From positions 63,490,001 through 63,554,000 of the forward strand of contig NC_045696.1 of NCBI RefSeq assembly GCF_009834535.1: 64,000 nt of DNA. Direction: 5' to 3'. The translations under genes and the position numbers were made by a program. A model generated the notes under the pieces. It saw only the letters and a list, made by a program, of their open reading frames with translations, was not told the DNA's origin and made no database searches. Each line of letters opens with the position of its first letter. The first letter of the stretch is position 1. The stretch comes from Camelus ferus. Its lineage: Eukaryota. This document shows, piece after piece, positions 48,581-61,274 of this stretch.

Positions 48581-50121
48581 GAACAACTGATAAAGTAAAT
48601 GGGGAGAAATGTAACCAGAGTGAATCATCTGGCTAAAAAACATACAGATGCTCTTGTATTGATTTTATTTTTACACTTTTTTGAAATTTTTAATTTATTT
48701 TCAAATAAAAATTTCTTTGAAAAGAGGATGCGGTTTATTTAAGAACACAGAGCAGATTAATAGTGGGACCCCTATCCATGTAAGCCTACAGGTCACATCT
48801 TATCTCTTTATTTATAAACTTCTTAGAGTCAAGTAAATGCCAGTTCGTGAGCCCACCTTCCGCAGCCACCTAGATGAGCTTGTGTGCCCCGATTTCGTGC
48901 AATTTTCCTTTCACATATGACAATAGATAGGAGTGGATTATTTTTAATTTAGTACCTATGTCTCCCACTGGACTGGAAGCTCCAAGAGGGCAGGGTCTCA
49001 GTGGTCTTGTTCCTGCTTTACCCCAAGGGTCTAGCACAGCGACTGAAAAAGAGGAGATGCCCAGCTATGTTTGTTGACAGGATGAATGAATGAGTGAATG
49101 AACGCTGGAGCATGGACTCCAGCTGTGCACATGGACTCACATGTGCACTCACAGGCTCCTGCTCTCTTTTCTTAGTTCCATCGCTCTGTGTCATATGCAG
49201 GCTGGAGATGCCAGGATCTAGAGGGCAGCTGGCAGGGTGGCATCATGCCTCTGGAAATGACATCTGGGAGTGAATTCCTTTGGGAAGAGAAGATGCCATC
49301 CCTTCCCAGCCAGCGCCGCCCTCCCCTCCCACCTCAGGCCATGAGCTCTTCCGGGGGAAGAGTGATGCTCTTGCAGCAGGTGGTGAAGGGATCCCAGAGA
49401 CAGCGGTCTGGGAAAGGGGGCAGGGATGCGGAGTGGAAGCTGTTGCCTTTCCAGAAACAAAAGAGCCTTTTAAAATCACTTGATATCATGCCTTCCTGCA
49501 CTGGGCCTTCGCCAAGCCTCCCTCTTCCTATTGTGGGGCAGCAGTAACACCAGAGACCTGTACTCGCCCCTCCTGATGCACCACATGGGGTAGGGGGACA
49601 AGAGCTGTGCTGGGCAGGCTCATGTGCTCCACGTGTGCCCATTAATTGAAGAGTTTTTATTTTAAGTTTTGAGTAAGTAGCACATCCACATATTCCAAAA
49701 TTCAAACTGAAAACACACATGAGGCAAAAGTCCCCACCCATGTCTTCCACTCATCCGGTTCTCCCTTCTGATGTTTTTAGTTCTTATGAATCCTTCTACG
49801 GGTGGCCTGTGCATATCCAACCAACACATGTATCCCCATGCAGTGGTGGAATTCCATATGCACTGTTTGTATCTTGCCTTTTTCACTTAATGACATATCT
49901 TTGTGCTCTTTCCATAAGAATCCATAAAAGTATCTTTGGGCTTTTTCTTGGCTACATAGTATTCCACAGTACCAGTGTCCTGGGGAAGATGCCCCCCTAA
50001 ACCCTGTATCTAAGGAGCCATGCTCCAGCCTTCCCCTGCCATGCTGTATGCATGAACCGCTCACTCCTGTCCCTGGATTGTACTGAGTAATGAGGGGCGA
50101 TAGAGATGGGAGGGACCTTAC

Positions 50122-50430
50122 ACCTGTGCTGTTCAGGACAGTGAACCTGGCCCTATGTGGCTATTGAGCCCCTGATACATGGCCATCCAAATTGAGATGT
50201 GCTCTAAATGTCAAATACTCACTGGATTTTGAAGATTTAATTTTAAAAATGTGGAAGATCTTATGAATTATTTTCAGATGATTTCAAATGAAAATTATCG
50301 TTTTTGAATACATGGGGTAAACAAAATCTACCATTAAATTTCATCTTAAAGTATATTTTTTAAAATGTGGCTACTAGAATTTTAAAATGTATGTGCTCGC
50401 ATTCACGGGCAGCGTATTTCACTGGACTAG
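50122..50430. mobile_element. MER33/MER3-like hAT MITE
   Basis: atgtggctattgagc...aaattgagatgtgctctaaatgtcaaatactcactggattttgaaga...aatgtggctactagaattttaaa. Confidence 0.65.
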
Positions 50431-53099
50431 ATTTCCCTGGAGACTTGGAGCCCAGGGGAGAGCTGGGGATGGGAAGGAACTAAATAGATTAGGAGCGGGC
50501 AACGTAAAGGTAGAAACAGATGAGTAGCCTGTTGAAAGCTCCCAGGCTGGGGGTCAGGAGGACTGGGTCCCTGCCTGAGTCAGCGACTTCCTGGGAGACT
50601 CTAGGACCAGCATCCTTCCTTCCGGGTCTAGGTTTCCTCCTGTGTGCAAGACAGTGACAAGAATCTGAGAATGTTGCCTCCGGGAGGGCAGGAATCCCTC
50701 TAGGCTTCGTCCTCTGCTCTGTCTCCAGAGCTAGAATGGGGCGTGGCACAGGCTGGGTGCTTGCAGAATGAATGAATGAAAATAGGAGGTAAAATGGAAA
50801 ATTTGAGTTTCCTTTCTAGGTAAGCGTTACACTCATCAAAGCATCAGGAGTCAGAGGCTCTAGAGATGGCAGGATGCTCGGACTCTGAAGCCAAGACTCA
50901 GGAGGCAGGAATGACAGAAGTAGGACCACCTCCAATTTCTTCACTCCTACCACCAGGAACCATCAGGAAGCAGGCTGTTACAAATGAGCATTTGCTCTTG
51001 GTAACGTCTGCTGCTGATGCCGCCTGGCCATGGCCCCCCTCCTGCTCCTGAGGGAGAATGGGCTCAGGAGGAACCCATTCAGAACCAAGGGCTCAGTGTT
51101 TTCCAAGCCTTTCAGTCAGAAGGGCCTTGCTCCGGCCTGAATCCCCAGGTGGAGGCCCTATCATCTCGCTGGGCCTCCCAGCCCCAGGCCACTGGCCTGG
51201 GGAAGCTGGAGTCCAGCCCCGGGGCGGTGAGGAGCCAGCCTCTAAATCACTCCTGCTAGGGTGGGAGGGCCGGGCCAGGCACGGAGGGGATTTTCCTAGA
51301 TTATATTGAAAGAGTGACAATGGGGAGGGAGAGGAGCTGGGTTCCCACAGAGTGTCCGGTCACTCCTGCGGGGGGCTGTGGGAGCCGGGCCCGGCTGCCT
51401 TTTTCTCTCTGGGCAGCAGCACACACAGTTTTTAATAATTAAGTAACTTTAATTGTCCTGGGAAAGCAGAGCTCGCCTTGGGGCACGCTGCACAAACTCA
51501 TAATTAATGTTACCAAGAGCGATTAGCAAAGGAGAACTGAGAAATGATTCACTTTTTAAAGAGCACCTCACTGTTAAGCCTTATTATCTGAAGTTTAGAA
51601 CCTCATTTATCTGCTTTGAGGAAAAAAGAAAAAGAAAAAGAAAAAGAAAAAAAAAGACCCAAGACCCAGAAGTGAATGCATGTGAAATGAAAACTCCATG
51701 CCTTTGTAATCTGGTTTAAAAACATCAGATGGGAAAATGTTGCCATTTCTTGATTCCATTCTGGTGACAGAAGGAGAATTTAAGACAGAGGAATATAATT
51801 AAGGCATAATAACGCATTCATAAGAACTCAAGCTTTTGACTGCTGCCCCGGTTTGCTTAGAAATGACTTCATGTTAAGATTTCTTTTTTTTTTTTTTGGA
51901 ATGGCTTTTTCTCTCTTTGGAATGGCTTTCTCTGAGGGACATACCAAATTTTGTGCAGTTTTCAATGATCATTCCTATGAAATAATACTAGTGGCGTGTT
52001 TGGCATGTCAGTGTTCAGTAGACATTGGATGAATTAATGAACGAGCGAGCACAATAATGTGAGATGGGCGGGCCCCATGGAGGAAACAGGGGAAATAATG
52101 GCAGCCATGATACAGCTGGGGTGAGATGGAGCTGGGAGATGCCTTGAAGGTCAGGAGTGGGTGTGAGAGAGACCAAGGGTGAAGGGCAGCTCAGAACGCT
52201 GGGCCCCAGGCGGCCCGTATGCAAAATAAGTGGTCCCTAAATGTACCAGATGGATGGCCCTCCACTGGGAAGGGTGTTTCCTCACGAAGTCCTCGTGTCC
52301 CCACAGCGCTGCCTAGCTTTCTTCTTCCACTCAGACAACGAATGTTTGTATCTGAGATGATGACTGTCCCACCCTTTCCAAGCATAATTGTGGGGCTTTC
52401 TTCCATTTAGTCCACTAACACTGACTAAATGCTTACTAGGCGCTGTTTTTCGTGGACACAGATGGATACAGCTGGCATGCAGGCAGGGTCTTTGGTTCTA
52501 AGTCTCCATAAATGGTTCCGTTCTCTCTGAGCCTCCATTGCCTCAGCCACAGGGTGGGAACAAGCGTCCGGGCTTCCCTGAGTTCCCTCCGGAGCACGTG
52601 GATGGCAGCTCCCTGGGAGCTGGAGAGATGACCTAGGAGCTCCTGCAGCACCTTTTCCGGGTAACTGTGGAGGAGTTTTCCTTCTGCTTTCTCTGCAGTC
52701 TCCATCCTTCCTCGAGGTACTGTTCTTGCCACACGCCCACCAGACAGGCTCAGCCGGCGGCCCCTCATCCCACCCCCCAGAGCAGGAGCTGGATTTGTCC
52801 CCCGCAGCCCCCTGTGAGGGTGCCTGGGCCTTTCCTGAGACTCTGCTGTCCCCTGGACATCAGTCATGCCCCACTGAGAGGCTGGTGGGTCAATGACAAG
52901 GTGGTGGCTGATTCAGCTCAAGGTGTGATTCCTCTTAGGGTCTCTCCAGTGACCAGACAACTTACCAGGAACGAAAGTTTCAGGGCATGGAGGAATGAAG
53001 CCATTCTCTTCCTGCTGCTGCCCCTTTGTGACCACAGGCTCTGAAAATAACTGGTATTATCAATGGTAACCACAGTCCTTCAACCTGTTCCAAACATTA

Positions 53100-53255
53100 G
53101 AAGTCATGAAGTGCTTTCCCATCCATGATCTCATTTGAGCCACACAAAAATTCCAGGAAGGAGATATAACTATTCCCATTTTGCAGATGAGGAAACTGAG
53201 GTTTCTGAGATTTCAGTTGACCAAGGAACTTGAGCCCAGGTTCTCAGACTCCTAC
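53100..53255. mobile_element. MIR
   Basis: tattcccattttgcagatgaggaaactgagg core. Further MIR cores near 3940, 11850, 14510, 42390, 44180, 45090, 46290, 54100 and 63080. Confidence 0.75.
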
Positions 53256-56200
53256 CACTCTCCCATTGAGAAGCTGCCCACCATAATCCTAGTTCTTCCT
53301 TTTGGTTCTTAAGTACTGTGATCTATGTTCCTGTGTTTTTCCAAAATGTGATGTGTATATTTAATTATTATCTTGGAGCTCAGGAAAAAGCAGACTCATT
53401 TCTGTTCATTCACTCATCTTCCAATCATCAGTCTATTGTTTATTCAGCTTGAATTTCCTGAGAACCTACTATGTGTTATGGTTAATCAGGATCCCTGACT
53501 CCAAGTCCAAGGGTGAGGTGTGATTTTTAGATTTTTAAGTAGGTTGCATAGGCCCACAGTAAACAATCCAAGTTGTAAGAGAAAAAAAAAAAAAAAAGTA
53601 AGGCCCTCCTGTCTTGTTCATGATACTCTGTCTCCCTGGCCCTCTCCCAGGCACAACCACTGTTGCCAGTTTCTTGTGGGTCCTTCAGAGATAGTCCACA
53701 CATATGCACACTCATGTGTGTGTGTTTCTCCTCTTCCAAAATGTAGCATACCATGGACTGTTTCTATATCTTGTTTCCTTGCTTATAAAACTGTATCAGG
53801 GAGATAGCTCCATATCAGAACATGGGGAGCCATGCCAATCTTTCTAAATGGCTGATTAGCAGTTCACATTATTTAACCTACATTTCATTTTTAAAACTAT
53901 TTGCCTACTGATGGATATTTGGGTGGCTTCCATTATTTTGTCATTCACGCGTTTCCTTAACATTCAAGCCTTAATGTGAATCTTGGAGCAATTTTGGAGT
54001 TCAGTGGGAACAAGAGAATTGAGAGATGAGAGTTCTATCCAAAGTCTGTGTTAATTAGCTATTTAACTTTGGACAAGTGCCACTGCCTCCCTGGGCCTCA
54101 GTTTTACCATCTATCAAATGGGGACAGTGGGCTCTAGCATCCCTCCCAGCCTGTTTGTCTCCCCAAACCCCAGAAGTAGCAGAATGCCCCACAGAGGGTC
54201 AGCCAGTCTGGGGCTTTGGGTGGGATCCGTGGGGCTGAGTGACCTGGTGAGCCTCTCCTGTTGCTGATCTCAGTGATGCAATATTGAACTCAGGCAAGTG
54301 TGGCCTTGTTCTCCCTGGGACCCAGTGTGATTCAGGTCCTGTAGCGTGGTTTCTCCACCAGCAAATGAGCGGCGAGACACCTTTCTTGGCAATGGGCTTA
54401 ACGAGGGTTCCGGGAATGTCTGATTACTCATCTGTTTTGCAACGGCAGCAAACTCCCGGCCAGAAGAGGAGGCAGCTAGCGTGGCTTCCTTCCTGAATTA
54501 ATGACTAAAGCGTTATGAATGACTAATCAGTTCAGCACGGAGCAGAACTGGGTGGTCGAGTCGGGGCCGAGGGTGGCAGCGAGGCAGGTGGTGCAGATGG
54601 TGCCGGGTGTTGAGTGGGCTTTAACCCCCCCCCAGCCCTCCGCTTGAATGCCTCAGGGTCTCCATGCTGTCCTTCCAGGGGGGCAGTATTGGGGCCAGAT
54701 GTCCCATCCAGACATCAGTCCCCACTGTCTCCTAGAGCCTGTCTGCCTGGGACATCATCGCTGTCAGCCGCCTGCAAACGTCCCCTCCAGCCTCACTTAG
54801 GTCCTGCAGAGGGAAATCTGGATGTTCACACAGAAATTCAGGAGTGACATCCAAAGTACACCATCTTATATGGTACACCTACTGTGTACCTCAGAAGGAA
54901 TTTTGAAATTAATCTGTTACTGGGAGAAGACGTAAAGGGGGTGCGATTGTTCTTTTGGCCACACTTTTGGACAAGAGCCAAGAAAGGAGGACTTCTTTCC
55001 TGGCGAGTTTTCTTACCTCACTTAGCTCAGGCAGCTCATTATGGATTTGAGGATTAATGGGGACTGGAGGAAATATTTCTCCTTTAAAGCAAGTCTCTGG
55101 CTTCACAGTGCGTGCCCTTCACCCTCTTTCCCCCTTCAAGCTTCTTCTGTCAGGCCGGTCCTGGCCTAGCCCTCTGCTTTCCAGCAGTGATTAGATTATT
55201 ACCCTCTGCAGTGGCTGGAGGGCATGCCTGGATGTCGCAGTGCAGCCCAAGGCCCAGGTGAGGCCTCTGCTCCTGGCCTCCCCTGGTCCCGGTCCCAGCA
55301 GTTCTGTGCAGGCTCCTTCCATCAGGGCACAGGTCCTGTGAGGTCTTCCCCGTCTTCTCCCAGGCCAGGTGGAGCTCTCCCCATTAGCCCTTCCTGGACT
55401 CCTTGGACAAGAGGTCCTTTCCTGCTGGCTCCTTCCCTTTGGCTTCATTTTGAAACTGTCCTCCTGACTGACACACAAGGTGTGGGCCTCAGCCTGTGCC
55501 ATTCTGGGCTCAGGCCACAGGAAGTCTCTGAGCATCCTGTGTGTGTATGGGGAGGTGGGGGTCACCTGTCTCCAGCATCATGTGCTGGGTCCTGTCTCCC
55601 AGCCCTTCCACAGTTAACCAACTCATGGGGGTTTTCTAAATTTCCCGTTCTTCCCTCCGTATTGCCTTTCCAGGCCTTTGTGGGCCAACATGCTTTCTTG
55701 AAGTTGAAAGGAATCACCATGGAACTCAGGGTCCTGCTCAGCATAGATGTTCAATTGTTGAGCGGATGGTTCTTATCCTGGGCAATGCCACATTCCCTTT
55801 ACCCTCAAAACTTTAAAATTGACTTTTGTTACATCTCCCTGGACCAGCTGCTCAGTCCTCAACCACTTTCTTGGGTACAACTTCACCTTCTTTGGGACAA
55901 TGGCAGTAAAGCCCACCATGTCAGAAGGGCCTGGTTGCTTATAATTTCATCAGCTTCTTAACCTGGCAGAGAGGAGTTGGCCTTTGTGGAAATCATCTTC
56001 AACTAAAATCTCTAATAAATTTAGGATGAGTCACCCCACTCGGCCTTTTTCCAGGAATCCCCCTGAAGAATTCAATTTATATGCTCACAGTAGGCCAGGC
56101 CCAAATATGAGGTAAGATTTATCTTTTCTCTCTCCAGTTCAGAGCCTTTTCATATCTGAATAGCCCAAGTCCCAGTGTAAAATGTTCCAGGGAGTGCTCC

Positions 56201-58322
56201 CTGTCGCTCCCTGCTCTGCCAGTGCCTCTGGGTCTGGGCCTTGGGTTTCACCCCTTCCTCTAGTGCTGGTCCTGCCTGTCCCCTAGGCCTAGGGGAGCTC
56301 AGCCCCTGCTCCTCAGAGAAGAGATGATGCCTAAGGATGAAATATACACCAACGTGTATTTCCTGAGACTAGAGACTATGTACTGCCTACTTTAAGATTA
56401 AAGAGACATTTGACTAAGGAGATATATATTTTTTTCCTTTCTGTTCTCCACCCCACCCCCTTCTTTCTTGTACTTTTTACACCAAGACACTGAAATCACA
56501 AGGTATGGGTGGTATTTTTCTCTTTAGAAATCCTTTTTAAGGCAATTATGTCAAGAATGTTTTCATACTTTGGGTTGGATGGGGGGGAGGGGAGGCTTAA
56601 TCCCCCCAGATGGGTATTTCTCTGAAAACAGACATGCAAATGTTGGGCTTGTCAAACCCTAAAATGTGTTCTTTCTTCTTGAGAATTATGGCATACTGCC
56701 TGCTGAGCCTGGGAGACCTGAGTGAAGGAGGGAGCCCTAGTGGTGCAGAAAGCAAGAGTGTGGGAAAGGGCGGGCAGCGGAGGCACGCGCCAGATAAGCA
56801 GGGCGCCCAGCGCCCTGTGCATCACGCCCCAACACTCCCCAGACCCTCGGGCTGCGTGAGGTTTGAGCTCGCCTTCCAGGAACTGGAGACCCGATTCGGG
56901 AAAAGCCTGATGCGCCTCGCTCTCGCGCACGCGCACCAATCGTTCACTATTGCTCTGCGGGTGGGAGGCTGGCCCGAGTCACCCCGGTGCTCTCCGGCCA
57001 GCTGACTGCAGCTCACACCTGCCAACCTGAGTGTAACAGTAGAGACTTAGGGAGAGATTGTCATGCCTAGGGTAGCCACCAAAGGCTTCAGGTGAGGAAT
57101 CTTTCTAGATTCTCCTCCACTGAGAGACCTTGGGCTGGGAGGGGGACAGATTAGCAAATGCTTCCTGCTGGGCTTCTAAGTCATTGCAAAGAACCTCTAG
57201 AGGACTTGCTGCCACTAGATGATGATTTCACAGCTCCATGGGGGAGAGAGACAAGAAAACATGCATGCTAAAGCAGGGCAGCCCTGGCTGAATGCAAAAA
57301 GAGAGATGCACCCACCTCACTCCACCCCCCCCCCCACAAATACGGTTAAAACATTTATACCAGGTGAGAAAATGGCTTTAAAATATTTTACTGCATCTGT
57401 AGCTGTAAAGAAGAGCCGTTCTAATATTTTAGGTTTTGGTTTCTCACGCCCCAAGCCTTTGCCTAATGAAAGTAGGGAAACTGGGCATGAGGTGGCCTCC
57501 TCTTCATGGCAGGGGGTGGAGGGGGTGGGGGGCGGTGCTTGGGTTGGGCACAGGTCTCACTGAGGCTGCGGGAAGATGCCTAGAGTTGGCTGCTATCTGA
57601 CCTATCTTTCTGGATTATTGTTTTGAGAATCAAATTAGGTCGTGGTTACGATTATATTTTCTATTGCATAAATAAGCAAGTAACTAAAGAGTAGTATCAT
57701 TTCCTTGAGAGCTACAGCCCTGAAAGCCCTAGTGATGTCTTCAATTTGTTGAGCATCTACTATGTTCCAGGCAGTGTCTATATACGTTATAGCCAACTAG
57801 AATGGAAGCTGGATGGGGATGAGGACTTGGCCTTGTTCCCTTGTAGTCCCAGGGCCTACAAGAGTGGTGGTCACATAGTAATTCTTCAACAGATATTTCT
57901 TGGAGGTTGAAAAAGGAATTTCTAATCCCTAGCATATTGGCCCTGCTCTGCACACAAGGATGTGGAGCCTTGGAAAGATTGGGTTGCCTGCTCGAGGTCA
58001 CACTGCTAGCTAATTACTGATTTGGGACAGGAGCTCAGTTCTTCTGTCCTTTCCCTGAAGCCCAGGCCTGCCTGGGACCCTCGGACCGTCTGTCTTCCGA
58101 CTTTATTGGGCTCAGCTGTCCTTGGCAAAGCAGGCTCCTGTGCTAGGAAGATGTGAGATCCTAAGGACAGCTTCAGGAATAGGCAGGCTCCCCTCCTGGT
58201 TCCAAGGACCGGGCAGAGAGTCTCCCAAATTAACTTCATAAATGCCTTGAGCTCTTCCTTTGAGAAAGAAAGGAACCTGCCTCAGGTGGTTTAACCTGTG
58301 CCTTAGGACTCCAGGGACAGAT

Positions 58323-58833
58323 ATGGTAGAAGCAGACAGAGTCCTCCAAGGCTCTTCAGAGAACTCCTCCTTGCGCCCCTCCTACTGCAGCCATGGTAGA
58401 GCGACCAGGTGTGCAAAGGCTTTGAGCATCTGCATGGAGGTGCTCCAGCTGCAAATCATCCTGGGCCATCCCATGTACCTCTCACTTCCTGTCCAGGGAC
58501 ATTCTACTGTGTGGTACTGTCACTAACCGATGTGTATCCTGGAACAGCCTGGGACCACCCTTCTCCAATGAAGCACAGGAATCTGCAGGTAAATGCTTCC
58601 CTTTGGACTCTTAGGTGAGCCATTCTGAGATGCTTTTCACAGAGGTCTTTAGGAGTTTGCAAGGAATTAAGCATTTAGTTCCCAGGTACAAGCTTCCTCA
58701 GTCATGCATCCTTGTACTGGCTCTCCCCCCTTCCCTGGACCTCCCTTCTGCCCCCAGGAGGGATCGTTACCCAAATGAACACCTGTACGGGAACCTTTGT
58801 TTCCAGCCCTGCTTTCGGAGGAAACTGCTAAGA
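58323..58833 (+). mobile_element. ERVL LTR (LTR16-like)
   Basis: Ends with ccctgctttcggaggaaactgctaagaca, similar to the LTR16 terminus; family from memory. Confidence 0.5.
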
Positions 58834-60106
58834 CAACATGCCTGAACAGACAGGTGCTCCTCTCACATTTGCTCAAGAGTGTAGCCCTGCCCAGTCTCCC
58901 AGAGCTTTGGGGAGCTGGTGTCGGCAAGCAGTAGCGAGTGGCAGCAACTCCTTGGACTTGCAGAGCGCTGCACAGCTGTGGACGAGCCTGTCCTGGGGTC
59001 TTGGCTGAGGATGCTTCCTGGTCTAGTTAGAGCCAGATGAAGTCTGGGGACATCAAGGGCCCTGCTCATTTAGTTACCCAAGTCCCCTGACTCTGGTGGG
59101 CCTCCCTCAGAGCCTACCCCTGTCCCTATCATTCAGAACAGATGGTGTTCTGATGAACTTAATTACATCATTAGCAACTGGGCTACAAAAATGGGTGATT
59201 TGAGAGCGGCTGGGAAGCTGGGAGCCTCCTGGCCCCATGGCTGGGCAGCTGTTCCCAGGGCTGGCTGAGCATGCCTTTGCAGCGGGCTTCCTCCCATCCC
59301 CCACCCCAGGCTGCCCCTGTCAGGCCGATAGGCTAAGCTGCCCTCTCTGATCCCGAGGCTTTCCCACCAGCCATGCCCAGAACAGATGGAAACAGATCTC
59401 TTGGGTATCTCCAGCTGATGCAGATTTCACAGCGGGCGGAAGAAAGTGAGGGGGAGCAGATAAGCCACCCCTTCCCACGGCCACTTGGGAGGCCACACTG
59501 GTTGTTCAGCTGTCCACCCTCACTCCTTGTGAAAGGGGTGGGGCTTGAAATGGGGGATCTATTTCAGTGGAGGTGAGCCTCAATGCTCAGAATACAAAAT
59601 ACCCTAGTTCCTTATAGTTTTAAACCTGAGCTCCAAGGAGCCGTGGGGGCAGGGAACCCCTTAACCTTCACTGCTTCAGCCAGAGCAGAGTTTCTTTCCA
59701 GCCACAGTATAGCGCATGGCTGCATAAAAGCCGCTAGACTAGTCCCTAGCCCCCAAAGGCCCCCTCCCCCCACTTCCTGTCTTGTGGCCGCTGCTTTTTA
59801 TTATCATCCCAATGTCCTTTCTGCACAGGCACATCCACTTTATTCCTCTAGGCCTAGCTCAGATGCCACTTTGCCCAGGAAGCCACCCCCTTCTGTCTCC
59901 TCCTGCCCCCAGTTTTAACAGTAATCCATCCCTATTTCCTCTGAAGTCTCTGGGGACTCTGTCTACATCACTCAGATTACACCAGTCACTTTATGCCTGC
60001 GATCATAATTACTACTGTGTTTAGTTCACTTCTCCCACTTTTTTGGCTCTATAGTCTCCACGAGAGGTGCTTGGTAAAATGTCATTTTCAGTTTGGTTGT
60101 GTTTTT

Positions 60107-60250
60107 TGTTGTTGTTTTTGTGTGTATTGGGGGGGGATTATTAGGTTTTTTAATGTATTTTTAAATGTTTTAGTGGCGGTACTGGGGATGGAACCCAGGA
60201 CCTTTTGCATGCTAAGCACGCACTCTACCTCTGAGCTATACCCTCCCCCT
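60107..60250 (-). mobile_element. tRNA-derived SINE, Vic-1-like
   Basis: Reverse complement of the same head (ctctacctctgagctataccctcccc); 14-bp TSD TTGGTTGTGTTTTT at 60093-60106 and 60253-60266. Confidence 0.9.
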
Positions 60251-60324
60251 GATTGGTTGTGTTTTTATTTTTAATGAGTGCACGTGAAAAAGCTGATGTC
60301 AAAAGCTGCTTTTCTCAAAGACCC

Positions 60325-60648
60325 TGTCTTAAGTCTGATCTGGCTGCTATAACAAAATACCGTAGACCTGGTGGCTTAAACGATAAACACTTATTTCTCA
60401 TAATTCTGGAGACTGAGAAGTTCAAGATTAGAGTGCCCGCTGACTTGTCTCTGGCAAGAACCCTCTTCCTGGTTTCCAGGCTGCCGCCTTCTTGCTGTGC
60501 CCTCACATGCTGGAGAAAGGAGGGCTTTGGCTTCTCCATCTTATAGGACACTGATCCGAAGGCCCCACTTCCACGCACTGTCCTAACTGGAGATGACAGC
60601 TTCAGTGTAGGGAATTCTGAGGGACACAGACATTTTGTCCACAGTCTA
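60325..60648 (-). mobile_element. MaLR LTR (MLT1A-like)
   Basis: ggctgctataacaaaataccgtagacctggtggcttaaac...ttatttctcataattctggagactgagaagttcaagat is the antisense MLT1 3' end. Confidence 0.8.
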
Positions 60649-60980
60649 GCTTGCAGACAACCTCTGAACTGAACATTGGGAATTCTGTTCAAAACAACCC
60701 TCTTTTGAGTATTTGCTGTGATAGGCATTGGGCCGGGAGTTGGAGGGAGGAATTTAATGATGGGTGAGACCCAGTTGCTGCTCTCTGGAAGCTCACAGAC
60801 CAGTGGAGGTGCCGATGCACATTCAGACAACCACGCATCATCGTCAATGCTAGGATGGCTGGGGGTAGGGGGTAGGGATGGAGGTCAATGCGTGCCAGGG
60901 GCCACGGGAGGGAGAAGGGATATCCTACTGGGGGCTGTCTTTGGGTGGGCTCCATGACCACTAAAGCCCTAATGGATATA

Positions 60981-61105
60981 TTTTTTTTTTTTTTGGTTTG
61001 GGGAGGTAACTAGGTTTATTTATTTATTTAAATAGAGGTACCGGGGTTGAACCCAGGACCTCATGCATGCTAGGCACATACTCTACCACTGAGCTATACC
61101 CTCCC
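60981..61105 (-). mobile_element. tRNA-derived SINE, Vic-1-like
   Basis: ctctaccactgagctataccctccc head, ttgaacccagg B box, (TTTA)n and poly-T tail; degenerate TSD (ctaatggat / ttagtggat). Confidence 0.9.
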
Positions 61106-61274
61106 TCTTAGTGGATTTTGAAAATACAGTCCCTAGTAGATGCCAAGTGAGAGTTAAGAAGCCTCTTCCTCCTTTCTGTTGGTTTGTTTATTGTCTTATT
61201 CAGGTTTTTTAAGGCTTTACAAGTCCCCAAATACTTGACATTTTGTAATATTTTGAGTGATGGAGATGGGCATA

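Noticed and set aside
55224..55961. 245-aa ATG-initiated ORF, the longest in the track
   Set aside because: No recognisable domain, promoter or splice structure. A tblastn or PhyloCSF test would be decisive, but it looks like a chance ORF.
60315..60830. 171-aa ORF
   Set aside because: Mostly overlaps an MLT1 LTR.
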